Assembly: GCA_030544165.1 (NCBI GenBank)
Contig: JAUNRP010000001.1
Location: 1 to 34,927, forward strand
Reading direction: 5' to 3'
Source of the DNA: a bacterium
Lineage (GTDB): Bacteria; Actinomycetota; Actinomycetes; Actinomycetales; Actinomycetaceae
DNA: 34,927 bases
Shown: in pieces, positions 9,427-16,730 of the stretch
Layout of the letters: each line of letters opens with the position of its first letter
Position numbering within the stretch: position 1 is the stretch's first letter
Notes under the pieces: generated by a model
The model's input: the letters and a program-made list of their open reading frames with translations, nothing else
Databases searched by the model: none
What the model was told of the DNA's origin: nothing
Made by a program: the position numbers and the translations under genes

Positions 9427-9523
9427 ACTGATTCGGACGATGCGGGAAACCCCTGATTCTCGCGCTAGTCTCGACCACGATGCCCTCCGGACCCGGCGGG
9501 CGTGGGCGAGATCAGGAGACGGA

Positions 9524-10723
9524 ATGAAGATCGCGGTACTCGGCGGAGACGGATTCTGCGGCTGGCCCGCGGCGCTGCACCTCTCGGCCAGCGGCCACGA
9601 TGTGACCATCATCGACAACCTCTCGCGCCGGGCGATCGATGAGGAGCTCGGGGCGGAGTCGCTCACGCCGATCCGGCCGATCGAGGAGCGGATCTCGGCC
9701 TGGAAGGAGACCGCGGGCCGGGACATCTCCTTCCGCAACATCGATGTGGCCCAGGACTACGATTCCCTCCTGGACTTCATCACCCACGAGGGGCCGGACG
9801 CGATCATCCACTTCGCGGAGCAGCGCGCCGCGCCCTACTCGATGAAGAACTCGCGCAACAAGCGCTACACCGTGGACAACAACGTGAACGCCACCCACAA
9901 CGTGCTGGCGGCGATCGTGGAGTCCGGGCGGGACGTGCACCTGGTGCACCTCGGCACCATGGGGGTGTACGGCTACGGCACCGCCGGAATGGCGATCCCG
10001 GAGGGCTACCTCGATATCCAGGTGGCCAACGGGGAGGACGTGATCGAGCAGCAGATCCTCTATCCCACGAACCCGGGCTCGGTCTACCACATGACCAAGG
10101 TGCTTGATCAGAACCTGTTCGCGTACTACGCCAAGAACGATCGCCTCCGCATCACGGACCTCCACCAGGGGATCATCTGGGGCACGAACACGGCGGAGAC
10201 CAGTTCGGATGAGCGCCTCATCAACCGCTTCGACTACGACGGCGACTACGGCACGGTCCTCAACCGCTTCCTGGTCCAGGCGGCGGTGGGCTACCCCCTG
10301 ACCGTGCACGGCACCGGCGGCCAGACCCGCGCCTTCATCCACATCCAGGACATGGTGCGCTGCGTGCAGATCGCGCTCGAGAATCCGCCGGAGGCGGGGG
10401 AGCGCGTCAAGATCTTCAACCAGATGACCGAGACGCACCGCGTGCGCGAACTCGCCCACCTGATCGGGGAGCTCACCGGCGCCCAGGTGGAGATGGTCCC
10501 GAACCCGCGCAACGAGGCCGCCGAGAACGAGCTCCACGTCACGAATGACACGTTCCTGGAGCTGGGGCTGAACCCCACCAGGCTCTCCGAGGGCCTCCTG
10601 CTGGAGGTGGAGCAGACCGCCGGGAGGTACAGGGACCGCGTGGACTTCTCCAAGATCCCCGCCACCTCCACCTGGACCGCGGACAACGAGGCGGGGATCC
10701 CGCCCTCGCTCCAGGGCAAGTAG
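9524..10723 (+). CDS. sqdB: UDP-sulfoquinovose synthase-like SDR (SQD1/SqdB family)
   Basis: 399 aa. Motifs GGDGFCGWPAALHLS, IDNLSRR, LTPI, FAEQRAAPYSM, HLGTMGVYGYG, YHMTK (Tyr-His-x-x-Lys), DLHQGIIWG, NRFLVQAAVGYPLTVHGTGGQTRAFIHIQD and VPNPRNEAAE. These are collinear with Arabidopsis SQD1 as recalled. ATG 9524 is preceded by AGGAGA. Confidence 0.8.
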   Translation: MKIAVLGGDGFCGWPAALHLSASGHDVTIIDNLSRRAIDEELGAESLTPIRPIEERISAWKETAGRDISFRNIDVAQDYDSLLDFITHEGPDAIIHFAEQRAAPYSMKNSRNKRYTVDNNVNATHNVLAAIVESGRDVHLVHLGTMGVYGYGTAGMAIPEGYLDIQVANGEDVIEQQILYPTNPGSVYHMTKVLDQNLFAYYAKNDRLRITDLHQGIIWGTNTAETSSDERLINRFDYDGDYGTVLNRFLVQAAVGYPLTVHGTGGQTRAFIHIQDMVRCVQIALENPPEAGERVKIFNQMTETHRVRELAHLIGELTGAQVEMVPNPRNEAAENELHVTNDTFLELGLNPTRLSEGLLLEVEQTAGRYRDRVDFSKIPATSTWTADNEAGIPPSLQGK

Positions 10724-10756
10724 CGCCCCGCCCGCGCCCGCCACCAGCCCACCACC

Positions 10757-11989
10757 ATGCGCATCGCCCTCTTCACCGAGACCTTCCTCCCGAAGATCGA
10801 TGGCGTGGTCACGCGGATCATCCGCACCCTCGAGGCCCTCGAGGAGCTCGGACACGAGGTGATCGTGTTCGCGCCCGGCGAGCCGCCTCCCACCCACGCG
10901 GGCGCCAAGGTGGTGCGCGTGAACTCGGTGGCCTTCAAGCCCCTCTACCCGGAGGTCCGCTTCGGGCTGCCCACCGTGGGGATCGCCACCGAGCTCGCGG
11001 ACTTCCGTCCCGATCTGGTCCACGCCGTCAACCCCGTGTGGATCGGGGGCTACGGCGTGCTCTCCTCCCGGCGCCGCGATCTCCCACTCCTCGCCTCCTT
11101 CCACACGGACCTGCCCAAGTACACGGAGGAGATGGGGATCAGCCTGCTCCGCCCCACGGCGGAGGGCGTCATCCGGTTCCTGCACAACCAGGCCGAGGTG
11201 AACCTGTGCACCTCCGGGCCGATGCTGGAGCGGGCCCGCGAGTTCGGCCTGCGCCGCGTGGGCCTGTGGCCCAAGGCCGTGGACACCCGCACCTACCGGC
11301 CGGACCGCGCCTCCCGCCAGATGCGTGAGCACCTCACCCAGGGCCACCCGGACGCCCCCCTCGTGCTCTACGTGGGGCGGCTGTCCAGGGAGAAGAACCT
11401 GGAGGACCTCCTCATCCCCATCCGGAACCTCGCGGATATCGGCGCCCGGCTCGCGTTCGTGGGATCGGGACCGTTCCGCGAGGAGCTGGAGGAGATGTTC
11501 GCGGGCACCGCCACCTTCTTCGCGGGGTACATGAGTGGCGATGAGCTCGCGAGCGCCTTCGCCTCCGCGGACGCCTTCGCCTTCACCTCCACCACGGAGA
11601 CCCTCGGATTCGTGGCGATGGAGTCCATGGCGAGCGGTGTTCCCGTGGTGGGTGCGGACGCCGGGGGGATCCCGTTCGTGATCGACGACGGCGCCACCGG
11701 ATTCCTCGTCCCGCCCCATGACGCCGGGGCGATGACCGTCCGCCTGCGTCAGCTCCTCACGGACCCGGGCCTGCGGGCGCGACTCTCCGCCGCGGGGCGC
11801 GCCGAGTCCGAGCGGCACTCGTGGCGCAGCGCCACCGAGGCCCTCGTGGGCTACTACCACCAGGCGATCGAGCTCCACCGCGCCGGCGGTGGCGGCGGCG
11901 CCAGCCGGATCGTCCGCCTCGTCTCCCGCCCGGCCCCCTGGCGCCGTACCACCCGCGACGCCGCCGGGTTGCGTCCCGCCGGCTCCTGA
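10757..11989 (+). CDS. GT4 glycosyltransferase, SqdX/SQD2-like (candidate sulfoquinovosyltransferase)
   Basis: 410 aa. MRIALFTETFLPKIDGVVTR N-terminus, SFHTDLPKY, LYVGRLSREK, FVGSGPFREELEEMFAGTATFFAGYMSGDELASAFASADAFAFTSTTETLGFVAMESMASGVPVV (EX7E region). It lies 33 nt downstream of the sqdB-like gene. Related GT4s such as the MgtA/Rv0557 type share several of these motifs, so the donor sugar is an inference. Confidence 0.65.
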   Translation: MRIALFTETFLPKIDGVVTRIIRTLEALEELGHEVIVFAPGEPPPTHAGAKVVRVNSVAFKPLYPEVRFGLPTVGIATELADFRPDLVHAVNPVWIGGYGVLSSRRRDLPLLASFHTDLPKYTEEMGISLLRPTAEGVIRFLHNQAEVNLCTSGPMLERAREFGLRRVGLWPKAVDTRTYRPDRASRQMREHLTQGHPDAPLVLYVGRLSREKNLEDLLIPIRNLADIGARLAFVGSGPFREELEEMFAGTATFFAGYMSGDELASAFASADAFAFTSTTETLGFVAMESMASGVPVVGADAGGIPFVIDDGATGFLVPPHDAGAMTVRLRQLLTDPGLRARLSAAGRAESERHSWRSATEALVGYYHQAIELHRAGGGGGASRIVRLVSRPAPWRRTTRDAAGLRPAGS

Positions 11990-11999
11990 CCTCCCGGCC

Positions 12000-12797
12000 C
12001 TACCGGCCCGCGAACGCCTCCGCGTCCCGCCCCGAGAGCACGCGCGCGGGCATGGGGAGCCCGTGCACCCGCCGGGCGATGTCCACCGGATCGAGGGGGC
12101 GGGCGGAGGCCCCCACGATCACGTTCCCGTAGCGCCGCCCCTTGAGCACGGCCGGGTCCGCGATCACGACGGCGGAGCCCAGGTGCTCCAGTGCGCTCGC
12201 CACGTCCTGGCGCGCCTGGGTGAGGGGGGCGGAGTCGGCGATGTTGGTCACCACCACCCCGGAGGGGGTCAGCACGCGGCGCATCGCCGCCCACGCGGAT
12301 GGAGTCCTCAGGTGCTCGGGGACCTGGCCGTGCACGAACACGTCGCGGACCACCACGTCCCAGCGCCCCTCGGGGAAGGCATCGAGGGCCGCGCGGGCGT
12401 CCTCGGTGCGGATCCGCAGCCGGGGCGAACGGGGGAGGGGAAACCAGGTGCGCACGAGGCGGGCGATCTCCGGGTCCCACTCCACGGCGAGCTGGGCCGA
12501 GCCCGGGTGGGTGGCGTCCCACGCCCGCGCGAGCGCGCACGCCCCGCCACCCAGGTGGAGGGCGCGCAGGGGGGTCTGATCGCCGAGGTGGCTGGCCACG
12601 ATCGCGTCCGCGTGCTGCATGTACTCGAACTCGAGGTGCTCGGGGTGGTCCAGATCGATGTAGGAGGACTCCATCCCGTCGATGAAGAACATGGCCTGGC
12701 GGGGGGCGACCTCCCGGACCTCGAGGAGGGCGTGCCCTGTCTGGACGGGTGCCTCCGGCCACGCGGGGGCGCGCTCGGTGCTTCCTCTGGCGGGCAT
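12000..12797 (-). CDS. Class I SAM-dependent methyltransferase / spermidine-synthase-like protein
   Basis: 265 aa. LHLGGGACALARAW (motif I-like), AVEWDPEI (acidic residue after beta-2), DVVVRDVF, VVVTNI. ATG 12797 chosen, internal to track ORF 12000..12914. Convergent with the GT4 gene with a 10-nt gap. Confidence 0.55.
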   Translation of the reverse strand: MPARGSTERAPAWPEAPVQTGHALLEVREVAPRQAMFFIDGMESSYIDLDHPEHLEFEYMQHADAIVASHLGDQTPLRALHLGGGACALARAWDATHPGSAQLAVEWDPEIARLVRTWFPLPRSPRLRIRTEDARAALDAFPEGRWDVVVRDVFVHGQVPEHLRTPSAWAAMRRVLTPSGVVVTNIADSAPLTQARQDVASALEHLGSAVVIADPAVLKGRRYGNVIVGASARPLDPVDIARRVHGLPMPARVLSGRDAEAFAGR

Positions 12798-12858
12798 GGC
12801 CGAACGATACTCTGGATGGGCGGGAGGTGGTCGGGTGTCACGGGGTCCTCGGGCGGGT

Positions 12859-14052
12859 GTGCGCCGCGAGTGGGGCGGGGACGATGCGGGCACGAACGTC
12901 CTCCACGTGGACATGGACGCGTTCTTCGCATCCGTGGAGGTGCTCGACGATCCGAGCCTCGCCGGCCGCCCGGTGATCGTGGGCGGGAGCGAGCGGGGCG
13001 TGGTGGCGTCGGCCAGCTACGAGGCGCGGGCGGTGGGAGTGCACTCCGCGATGCCCACCGCCCAGGCGCTACGGCTGTGCCCGGACGCCGTGGTGATCGC
13101 CGGGAGGCACGGCCGCTACCGGGAGGTCTCCCGTCAGGTGGTGGCGGTGCTGGACTCGATCACGCCGCTCGTGGAGCAGGTCTCCATCGATGAGGCCTTC
13201 CTCGATGTGGCGGGGTCGATCCGCCGGCTGGGGCCACCCATGACGATCGCCCATGCCATCCGCCGGCGGATCCGCGAGGAGGTGGGGGTTCCTTCCTCCG
13301 TGGGTGTGGCGGGCACCAAGCACGTGGCCAAGCTGTGCTCCGGATTCGCCAAGCCGGAGGGGGTCATGCTCGTGCCGCTCTCCCAGACCGTCCCCTTCCT
13401 CCACTCGCTCCCCGTGGGAGCGCTGTGGGGAGTGGGGGAGCGTACCCGGGAGCTCCTCGCATCGAAGGGGGTGCGGGATGTGGCGCAGCTCGCGGACGTC
13501 CCGGAGGCATCGCTGGCCCGGTGGGTGGGGCCGGCCCTGGCGGCCCGCCTGCACGAACTCGCGTGGGGGAGGGATGACCGCGCCGTATCCCCGGGCCGGG
13601 TGGAGAAGTCGATCTCCACCGAGCAGACCTTCGCCCGCGACATCACGGAGAGGGACGAACTCGATCGGGTGGTCCTGCGCCAGTCCCACGAGTGCGCCAC
13701 CCGTCTGAGGGCCGCGGGGCTCGAGTGCACCCGCGTGACCCTCAAGGTGAGGCACTCGGACTTCACCACCCTCACCCGCTCCCGCACTCTCGGCGCCCCC
13801 ACCTTCCTCGCCGCGGAGATCGCGGCCGCCGCCCGGGACCTGCTGGGCCAGGTGGCACTGCGCCGCGGTGGGGTGCGCCTCCTCGGGGTGCGCACGGACG
13901 GGCTGCTCGATCAGGAGGCCGCCGGCTGGCAGGCAACGCTCGATGCCTCGGACTCGCAGTTGGCCGCGGAGCGGGCCATGGACGAGGTCCACCGGAAGTT
14001 CGGGAGGGCCACCATCACCCCCGCCTCCCTCCTCGAGGTGCCCGAGGAGTGA
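12859..14052 (+). CDS. dinB: DNA polymerase IV (Y-family)
   Basis: LHVDMDAFFASVE, VIVGG...GVVASASYEAR, SIDEAFLDV, GVAGTKHVAKL, LWGVGERT. Start uncertain: GTG 12859 chosen, and in-frame ATG 12796 would overlap the divergent gene's start. Confidence 0.85.
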   Translation: MRREWGGDDAGTNVLHVDMDAFFASVEVLDDPSLAGRPVIVGGSERGVVASASYEARAVGVHSAMPTAQALRLCPDAVVIAGRHGRYREVSRQVVAVLDSITPLVEQVSIDEAFLDVAGSIRRLGPPMTIAHAIRRRIREEVGVPSSVGVAGTKHVAKLCSGFAKPEGVMLVPLSQTVPFLHSLPVGALWGVGERTRELLASKGVRDVAQLADVPEASLARWVGPALAARLHELAWGRDDRAVSPGRVEKSISTEQTFARDITERDELDRVVLRQSHECATRLRAAGLECTRVTLKVRHSDFTTLTRSRTLGAPTFLAAEIAAAARDLLGQVALRRGGVRLLGVRTDGLLDQEAAGWQATLDASDSQLAAERAMDEVHRKFGRATITPASLLEVPEE

Positions 14053-14148
14053 AGGATCGTTGCGAAGTCTCCACCTTCTCGACTTTGCGAAGCCCCCACG
14101 GGCGCTTATCCTTGCCATACAGCTTGTCCAGGCGTGAGGAGGCGCGAA

Positions 14149-14535
14149 ATGCCGCTGTCAGAATACGAGCAGCGCGTGCTCGCCCAGATGGAGCAGCAGC
14201 TCCGCGACGCCGATCCTGAGTTGGCACAGTCCCTCCAGGCCCCGGCCCGCGGCCGATTCGATGTCCGCAGGCTCTCCCTCGGCATCCTCGTGGCGCTGAT
14301 CGGAATTGGAGCGCTCGTGGCCGGGGTGGCCGCGAACCAGGTGTGGCTGGGCATCCTCGGCTTCGTGGGGATGCTGGCGGGTGCACTGCTCGCCACCACG
14401 CTGACGTCGGGCTCCAGCTCCGCCGCCGCACCCGCCGATGACCCGGATTCGCCGAGCCCCGCGCGTAAGGGCGGCAGTTCGAGCTTCATGGAGCGGCAGC
14501 AGGAGCGCTGGGAGAAGCGCCAGGAGAACAGCTAG
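14149..14535 (+). CDS. DUF3040-family small membrane protein (Rv2169c-like)
   Basis: MPLSEYEQRVLAQMEQQLRDADPEL followed by two hydrophobic segments. ATG 14149 is 6 nt after GAGGAGG. It holds the conserved position just upstream of mraZ in actinobacteria. Confidence 0.7.
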   Translation: MPLSEYEQRVLAQMEQQLRDADPELAQSLQAPARGRFDVRRLSLGILVALIGIGALVAGVAANQVWLGILGFVGMLAGALLATTLTSGSSSAAAPADDPDSPSPARKGGSSSFMERQQERWEKRQENS

Positions 14536-14552
14536 CTCCACTCCGCTCCACC
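14536..14552 (-). repeat. 17-bp element CTCCACTCCGCTCCACC (minus-strand GTGGAG-CGGA-GTGGAG), copy A
   Basis: Exact duplicate of 14651-14667. It begins immediately after the DUF3040 stop codon and before the terminator hairpin. Confidence 0.8.
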
Positions 14553-14555
14553 AGG

Positions 14556-14585
14556 GCCCCGAGGCAGATGCCTCGGGGCTTTTTC
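14556..14585 (+). terminator. Rho-independent terminator after the DUF3040 gene
   Basis: Perfect 10-bp stem GCCCCGAGGC / GCCTCGGGGC, loop AGAT, followed by TTTTT (14580-14584). Confidence 0.75.
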
Positions 14586-14650
14586 TCTGCCCGGATCCGC
14601 CGCGCCCCCGGATGAGTGAGGCCCGCGCGGCCCGGATCGCGTGATTTTCC

Positions 14651-14667
14651 CTCCACTCCGCTCCACC
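14651..14667 (-). repeat. 17-bp element CTCCACTCCGCTCCACC, copy B (candidate distal MraZ operator)
   Basis: Exact duplicate of 14536-14552, 115 bp downstream of copy A. Read on the minus strand it is two GTGGAG hexamers with 10-bp spacing. Confidence 0.8.
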
Positions 14668-14704
14668 GCGTGTTTCCAACGATTTTTCGACATCTTCACA
14701 GAGA

Positions 14705-14721
14705 TTTCTGCCGTTTCTGCC
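14705..14721 (+). repeat. Tandem TTTCTGCC-G-TTTCTGCC abutting the -35 of the putative mra promoter
   Basis: Two exact 8-mers with a 9-bp period (14705-14712, 14714-14721), directly 5' of TTGACG. Confidence 0.5.
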
Positions 14722-14749
14722 TTGACGGTGGATGGAAGTGGAGTAATGT
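14722..14749 (+). promoter_or_regulatory. Putative Pmra promoter (-35 TTGACG, 16-nt spacer, -10 TAATGT)
   Basis: TTGACG at 14722-14727 and TAATGT at 14744-14749, about 36 nt upstream of the mraZ GTG in the AT-richest part of the intergenic region. Sequence-pattern call only. Confidence 0.45.
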
Positions 14750-14753
14750 GGAG
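14728..14753 (+). promoter_or_regulatory. Putative MraZ operator: three direct GTGGA[T/G] repeats with 10-bp period
   Basis: GTGGAT 14728, GTGGAG 14738 and GTGGAG 14748 with 4-nt spacers, overlapping the promoter spacer and -10. This matches the published MraZ-box logic of direct GTGG-type repeats spaced one helical turn apart. Confidence 0.6.
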
Positions 14754-14784
14754 CCGACGCGAGCGGAGTGGAAGGAGGTGGCCT

Positions 14785-15216
14785 GTGTTCCTCGGTACGT
14801 ACGAGCCCAAGTTGGATGAGAAGGGCCGCCTGATCCTCCCCGCCAAGTACCGCGATGAGCTCGCCTCCGGCCTCGTCCTCACCCGCGGCCAGGAGCGGTG
14901 CCTCTACGCGTTCCCGATGCGTGAGTTCGAGCGGCTCCACGAGCAGCTCCGCACGGCACCCGTGACCTCCAAGCAGGCGCGCGACTACCTCCGCGTCTTC
15001 CTCTCCGGGGCCACGGACGAGATGCCGGACAAGCAGGGCCGCGTCACGATCCCCGCCCAGCTCCGCCAGTACGCCGGCCTCGATCGCGATCTCGCCGTGA
15101 TCGGTGCCGGCACCCGGGTGGAGATCTGGGATGCCCAGGCATGGGCCACCTACCTGGATGCGCAGGAGACCGCCTACTCCGAGACGGCCGAGGAGGTGGT
15201 CCCCGGACTGTTCTGA
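14785..15216 (+). CDS. mraZ: Transcriptional regulator MraZ
   Basis: 143 aa. (V)[22 protein letters not shown] and [13 protein letters not shown] form the duplicated DXXXR/SpoVT-AbrB motif. GTG 14785 is 6 nt after AAGGAGG. Track ORF 14641..15216 is over-extended. Confidence 0.93.
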   Translation: MFLGTYEPKLDEKGRLILPAKYRDELASGLVLTRGQERCLYAFPMREFERLHEQLRTAPVTSKQARDYLRVFLSGATDEMPDKQGRVTIPAQLRQYAGLDRDLAVIGAGTRVEIWDAQAWATYLDAQETAYSETAEEVVPGLF

Positions 15217-15351
15217 TCTCTCCCGATGAGGTCTTCCTCCTGTATCTGACGCACTTCCCCGGCGCCAGAACCAGGCGGGAGTCCTGGTCGGGGGGAGGAG
15301 GGCCCACCGACCACCACTGTCACGCACCGGTCAACGAGGAAGGGAGGGGAC

Positions 15352-16341
15352 GTGGCACCAGCACCAGACACCGCCGCGCGTCACGTTCCTGTGCTCGCCG
15401 AGCGCTGCATCGAACTCCTCGCCCCCGCCCTTGCCGACGGGGGCGTGCTCGTGGACTGCACGCTCGGGATGGGCGGGCACACGGAGGCGTTCCTGACCGC
15501 CCTGCCCTCGGCCCGGGTGGTGGGGATCGATCGCGATCCCGAGGCGTTGCGCCTCGCCAGCGAGCGGCTCGAGCCGTTCGGGGAGCGCTTCACCGCCGTC
15601 CACACCACCTACGACGACGTGGCCGGCGCCCTCGAGGCGGCCGGTGCCCCCGCGGCGGACGCCGTCCTCATGGACCTCGGCGTCTCCTCCATGCAACTGG
15701 ACGAGCGGGAGAGGGGCTTCTCCTACGCCCACGATGCTCCCCTCGACATGCGGATGGACACCACGGAGTCCATCTCCGCCGCCGAGTTGCTCGCCACCGC
15801 CACCGAGGCAGAACTGCGCGGGATCCTCTACCGCGACGGCGAGGAGAAGTTCGCGCCGCGGATCGCGCGCCAGATCGTGCTCCGCCGTGAGTCGGCCCCC
15901 CTGACCCGCACGGGTGAGCTGGTCGAGATCGTCCGTGACTCGATCCCCGCCGCCGCCCGCCGCACCGGGGGCAACCCGGCCAAGCGCACCTTCCAGGCGC
16001 TCCGCGTGGCCGTGAACCGGGAGCTCGAGATCCTCGAGCGCGCGGTCCCGGCCGCACTGGACAACCTCCGGGTGGGGGGACGGATCGTGGTCCTGGCCTA
16101 CCAGTCCCTCGAGGACCGGATCGTCAAGCAGGAACTGGTCCGCCGCTCCACCTCCTCGGCTCCCGTCGGGATGCCGGTGGAACTGGACGAGCAGCGCCCC
16201 ACCTTCGAACTCCTGGTCCGCGGCGCCGAGAAGGCCGATGCGGCGGAGATCGCCACCAACCCCCGCGCCGCGTCCGTGCGGCTGCGCGCCGCAACCCGAA
16301 TCCGAGCCCAGCACCCGAACACCCCAAGGAGCACCCGATGA
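15352..16341 (+). CDS. rsmH: 16S rRNA (cytosine1402-N4)-methyltransferase RsmH
   Basis: HVPVL, DCTLGMGGHTEA, IDRDP, MDLGVSSMQLD, FQALRVAVNRELE. GTG 15352 follows GAGGAAGGGAGGGG. Confidence 0.93.
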   Translation: MAPAPDTAARHVPVLAERCIELLAPALADGGVLVDCTLGMGGHTEAFLTALPSARVVGIDRDPEALRLASERLEPFGERFTAVHTTYDDVAGALEAAGAPAADAVLMDLGVSSMQLDERERGFSYAHDAPLDMRMDTTESISAAELLATATEAELRGILYRDGEEKFAPRIARQIVLRRESAPLTRTGELVEIVRDSIPAAARRTGGNPAKRTFQALRVAVNRELEILERAVPAALDNLRVGGRIVVLAYQSLEDRIVKQELVRRSTSSAPVGMPVELDEQRPTFELLVRGAEKADAAEIATNPRAASVRLRAATRIRAQHPNTPRSTR

Positions 16342-16730
16342 GCATGCCCGCCCGCGTTACCGCGCCGCTCCACGCCCCCTCCGCGGCGCGAGCACCCCGG
16401 CTGCAGATCATCCGCTCACCCGAGCCCGGCCGCTCGCTCATGCCCTTCTTCCTGCTGTGCGCGATCATCCTGCTCGGCTCCCTGGTGGGCGCCCTCCTGC
16501 TCAACACGGCGATGGCGGTGTCCTCCTACCGGATCCACGACCAGCAGATCCAGCTCACCCACCTGAAGGAGCAGCAGGCGGAGCTCGCCGGAAAGCTCGA
16601 ATCTCTCGGCGCACCGGCCGCCCTCCAAGACTCCGCCGCGTCTCTCGGTATGGTTCCCGCAGAGGCGACCCTCTACGTGTCGATCGCCTCTCAGAGCATC
16701 CTTGGAACCCCGGAGGCGGGAGAGGGGTAA
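16338..16730 (+). CDS. ftsL: Cell division protein FtsL-like (single-pass membrane, coiled coil)
   Basis: Sits between rsmH and ftsI. Has a TM segment (FFLLCAIILLGSLVGALLLNTAMAV) followed by a heptad-like region (QQIQLTHLKEQQAELAGKLESL). ATGA overlap with the rsmH stop. Confidence 0.68.
   Translation: MSMPARVTAPLHAPSAARAPRLQIIRSPEPGRSLMPFFLLCAIILLGSLVGALLLNTAMAVSSYRIHDQQIQLTHLKEQQAELAGKLESLGAPAALQDSAASLGMVPAEATLYVSIASQSILGTPEAGEG

Noticed and set aside
9512-11878. 788-aa ORF on the minus strand, opposite the sqdB-like and GT4 genes.
   Set aside because: This is a high-GC shadow ORF with Arg/Gly/His/Pro/Val-rich composition and no recognisable motifs. It is fully overlapped by two motif-rich plus-strand genes. 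The same reasoning rejects 605..1588(-), 1616..2692(-), 4795..5988(+), 5907..7943(+), 8263..9741(-), 11889..13193(+), 13069..14118(-), 14158..15327(-), 15331..16314(-), 16797..19133(-), 19787..21322(-), 20971..22245(-), 24591..26012(-), 25937..26890(-), 27199..28374(-), 28095..29540(-), 29912..31162(-), 30639..31628(-) and 31177..32241(-).
14768-14783. GTGGAA and GTGGCC hexamers in register with the MraZ-box triplet.
   Set aside because: They coincide with the Shine-Dalgarno AAGGAGGTGG of mraZ, so the match may simply reflect the RBS. They are kept only as a note inside the mraZ-operator finding.
15270-15288. Small hairpin ACCAGG-cgggagt-CCTGGT in the 135-nt mraZ-rsmH spacer.
   Set aside because: A 6-bp stem with no U-tract is too weak to call an attenuator or terminator without conservation data.
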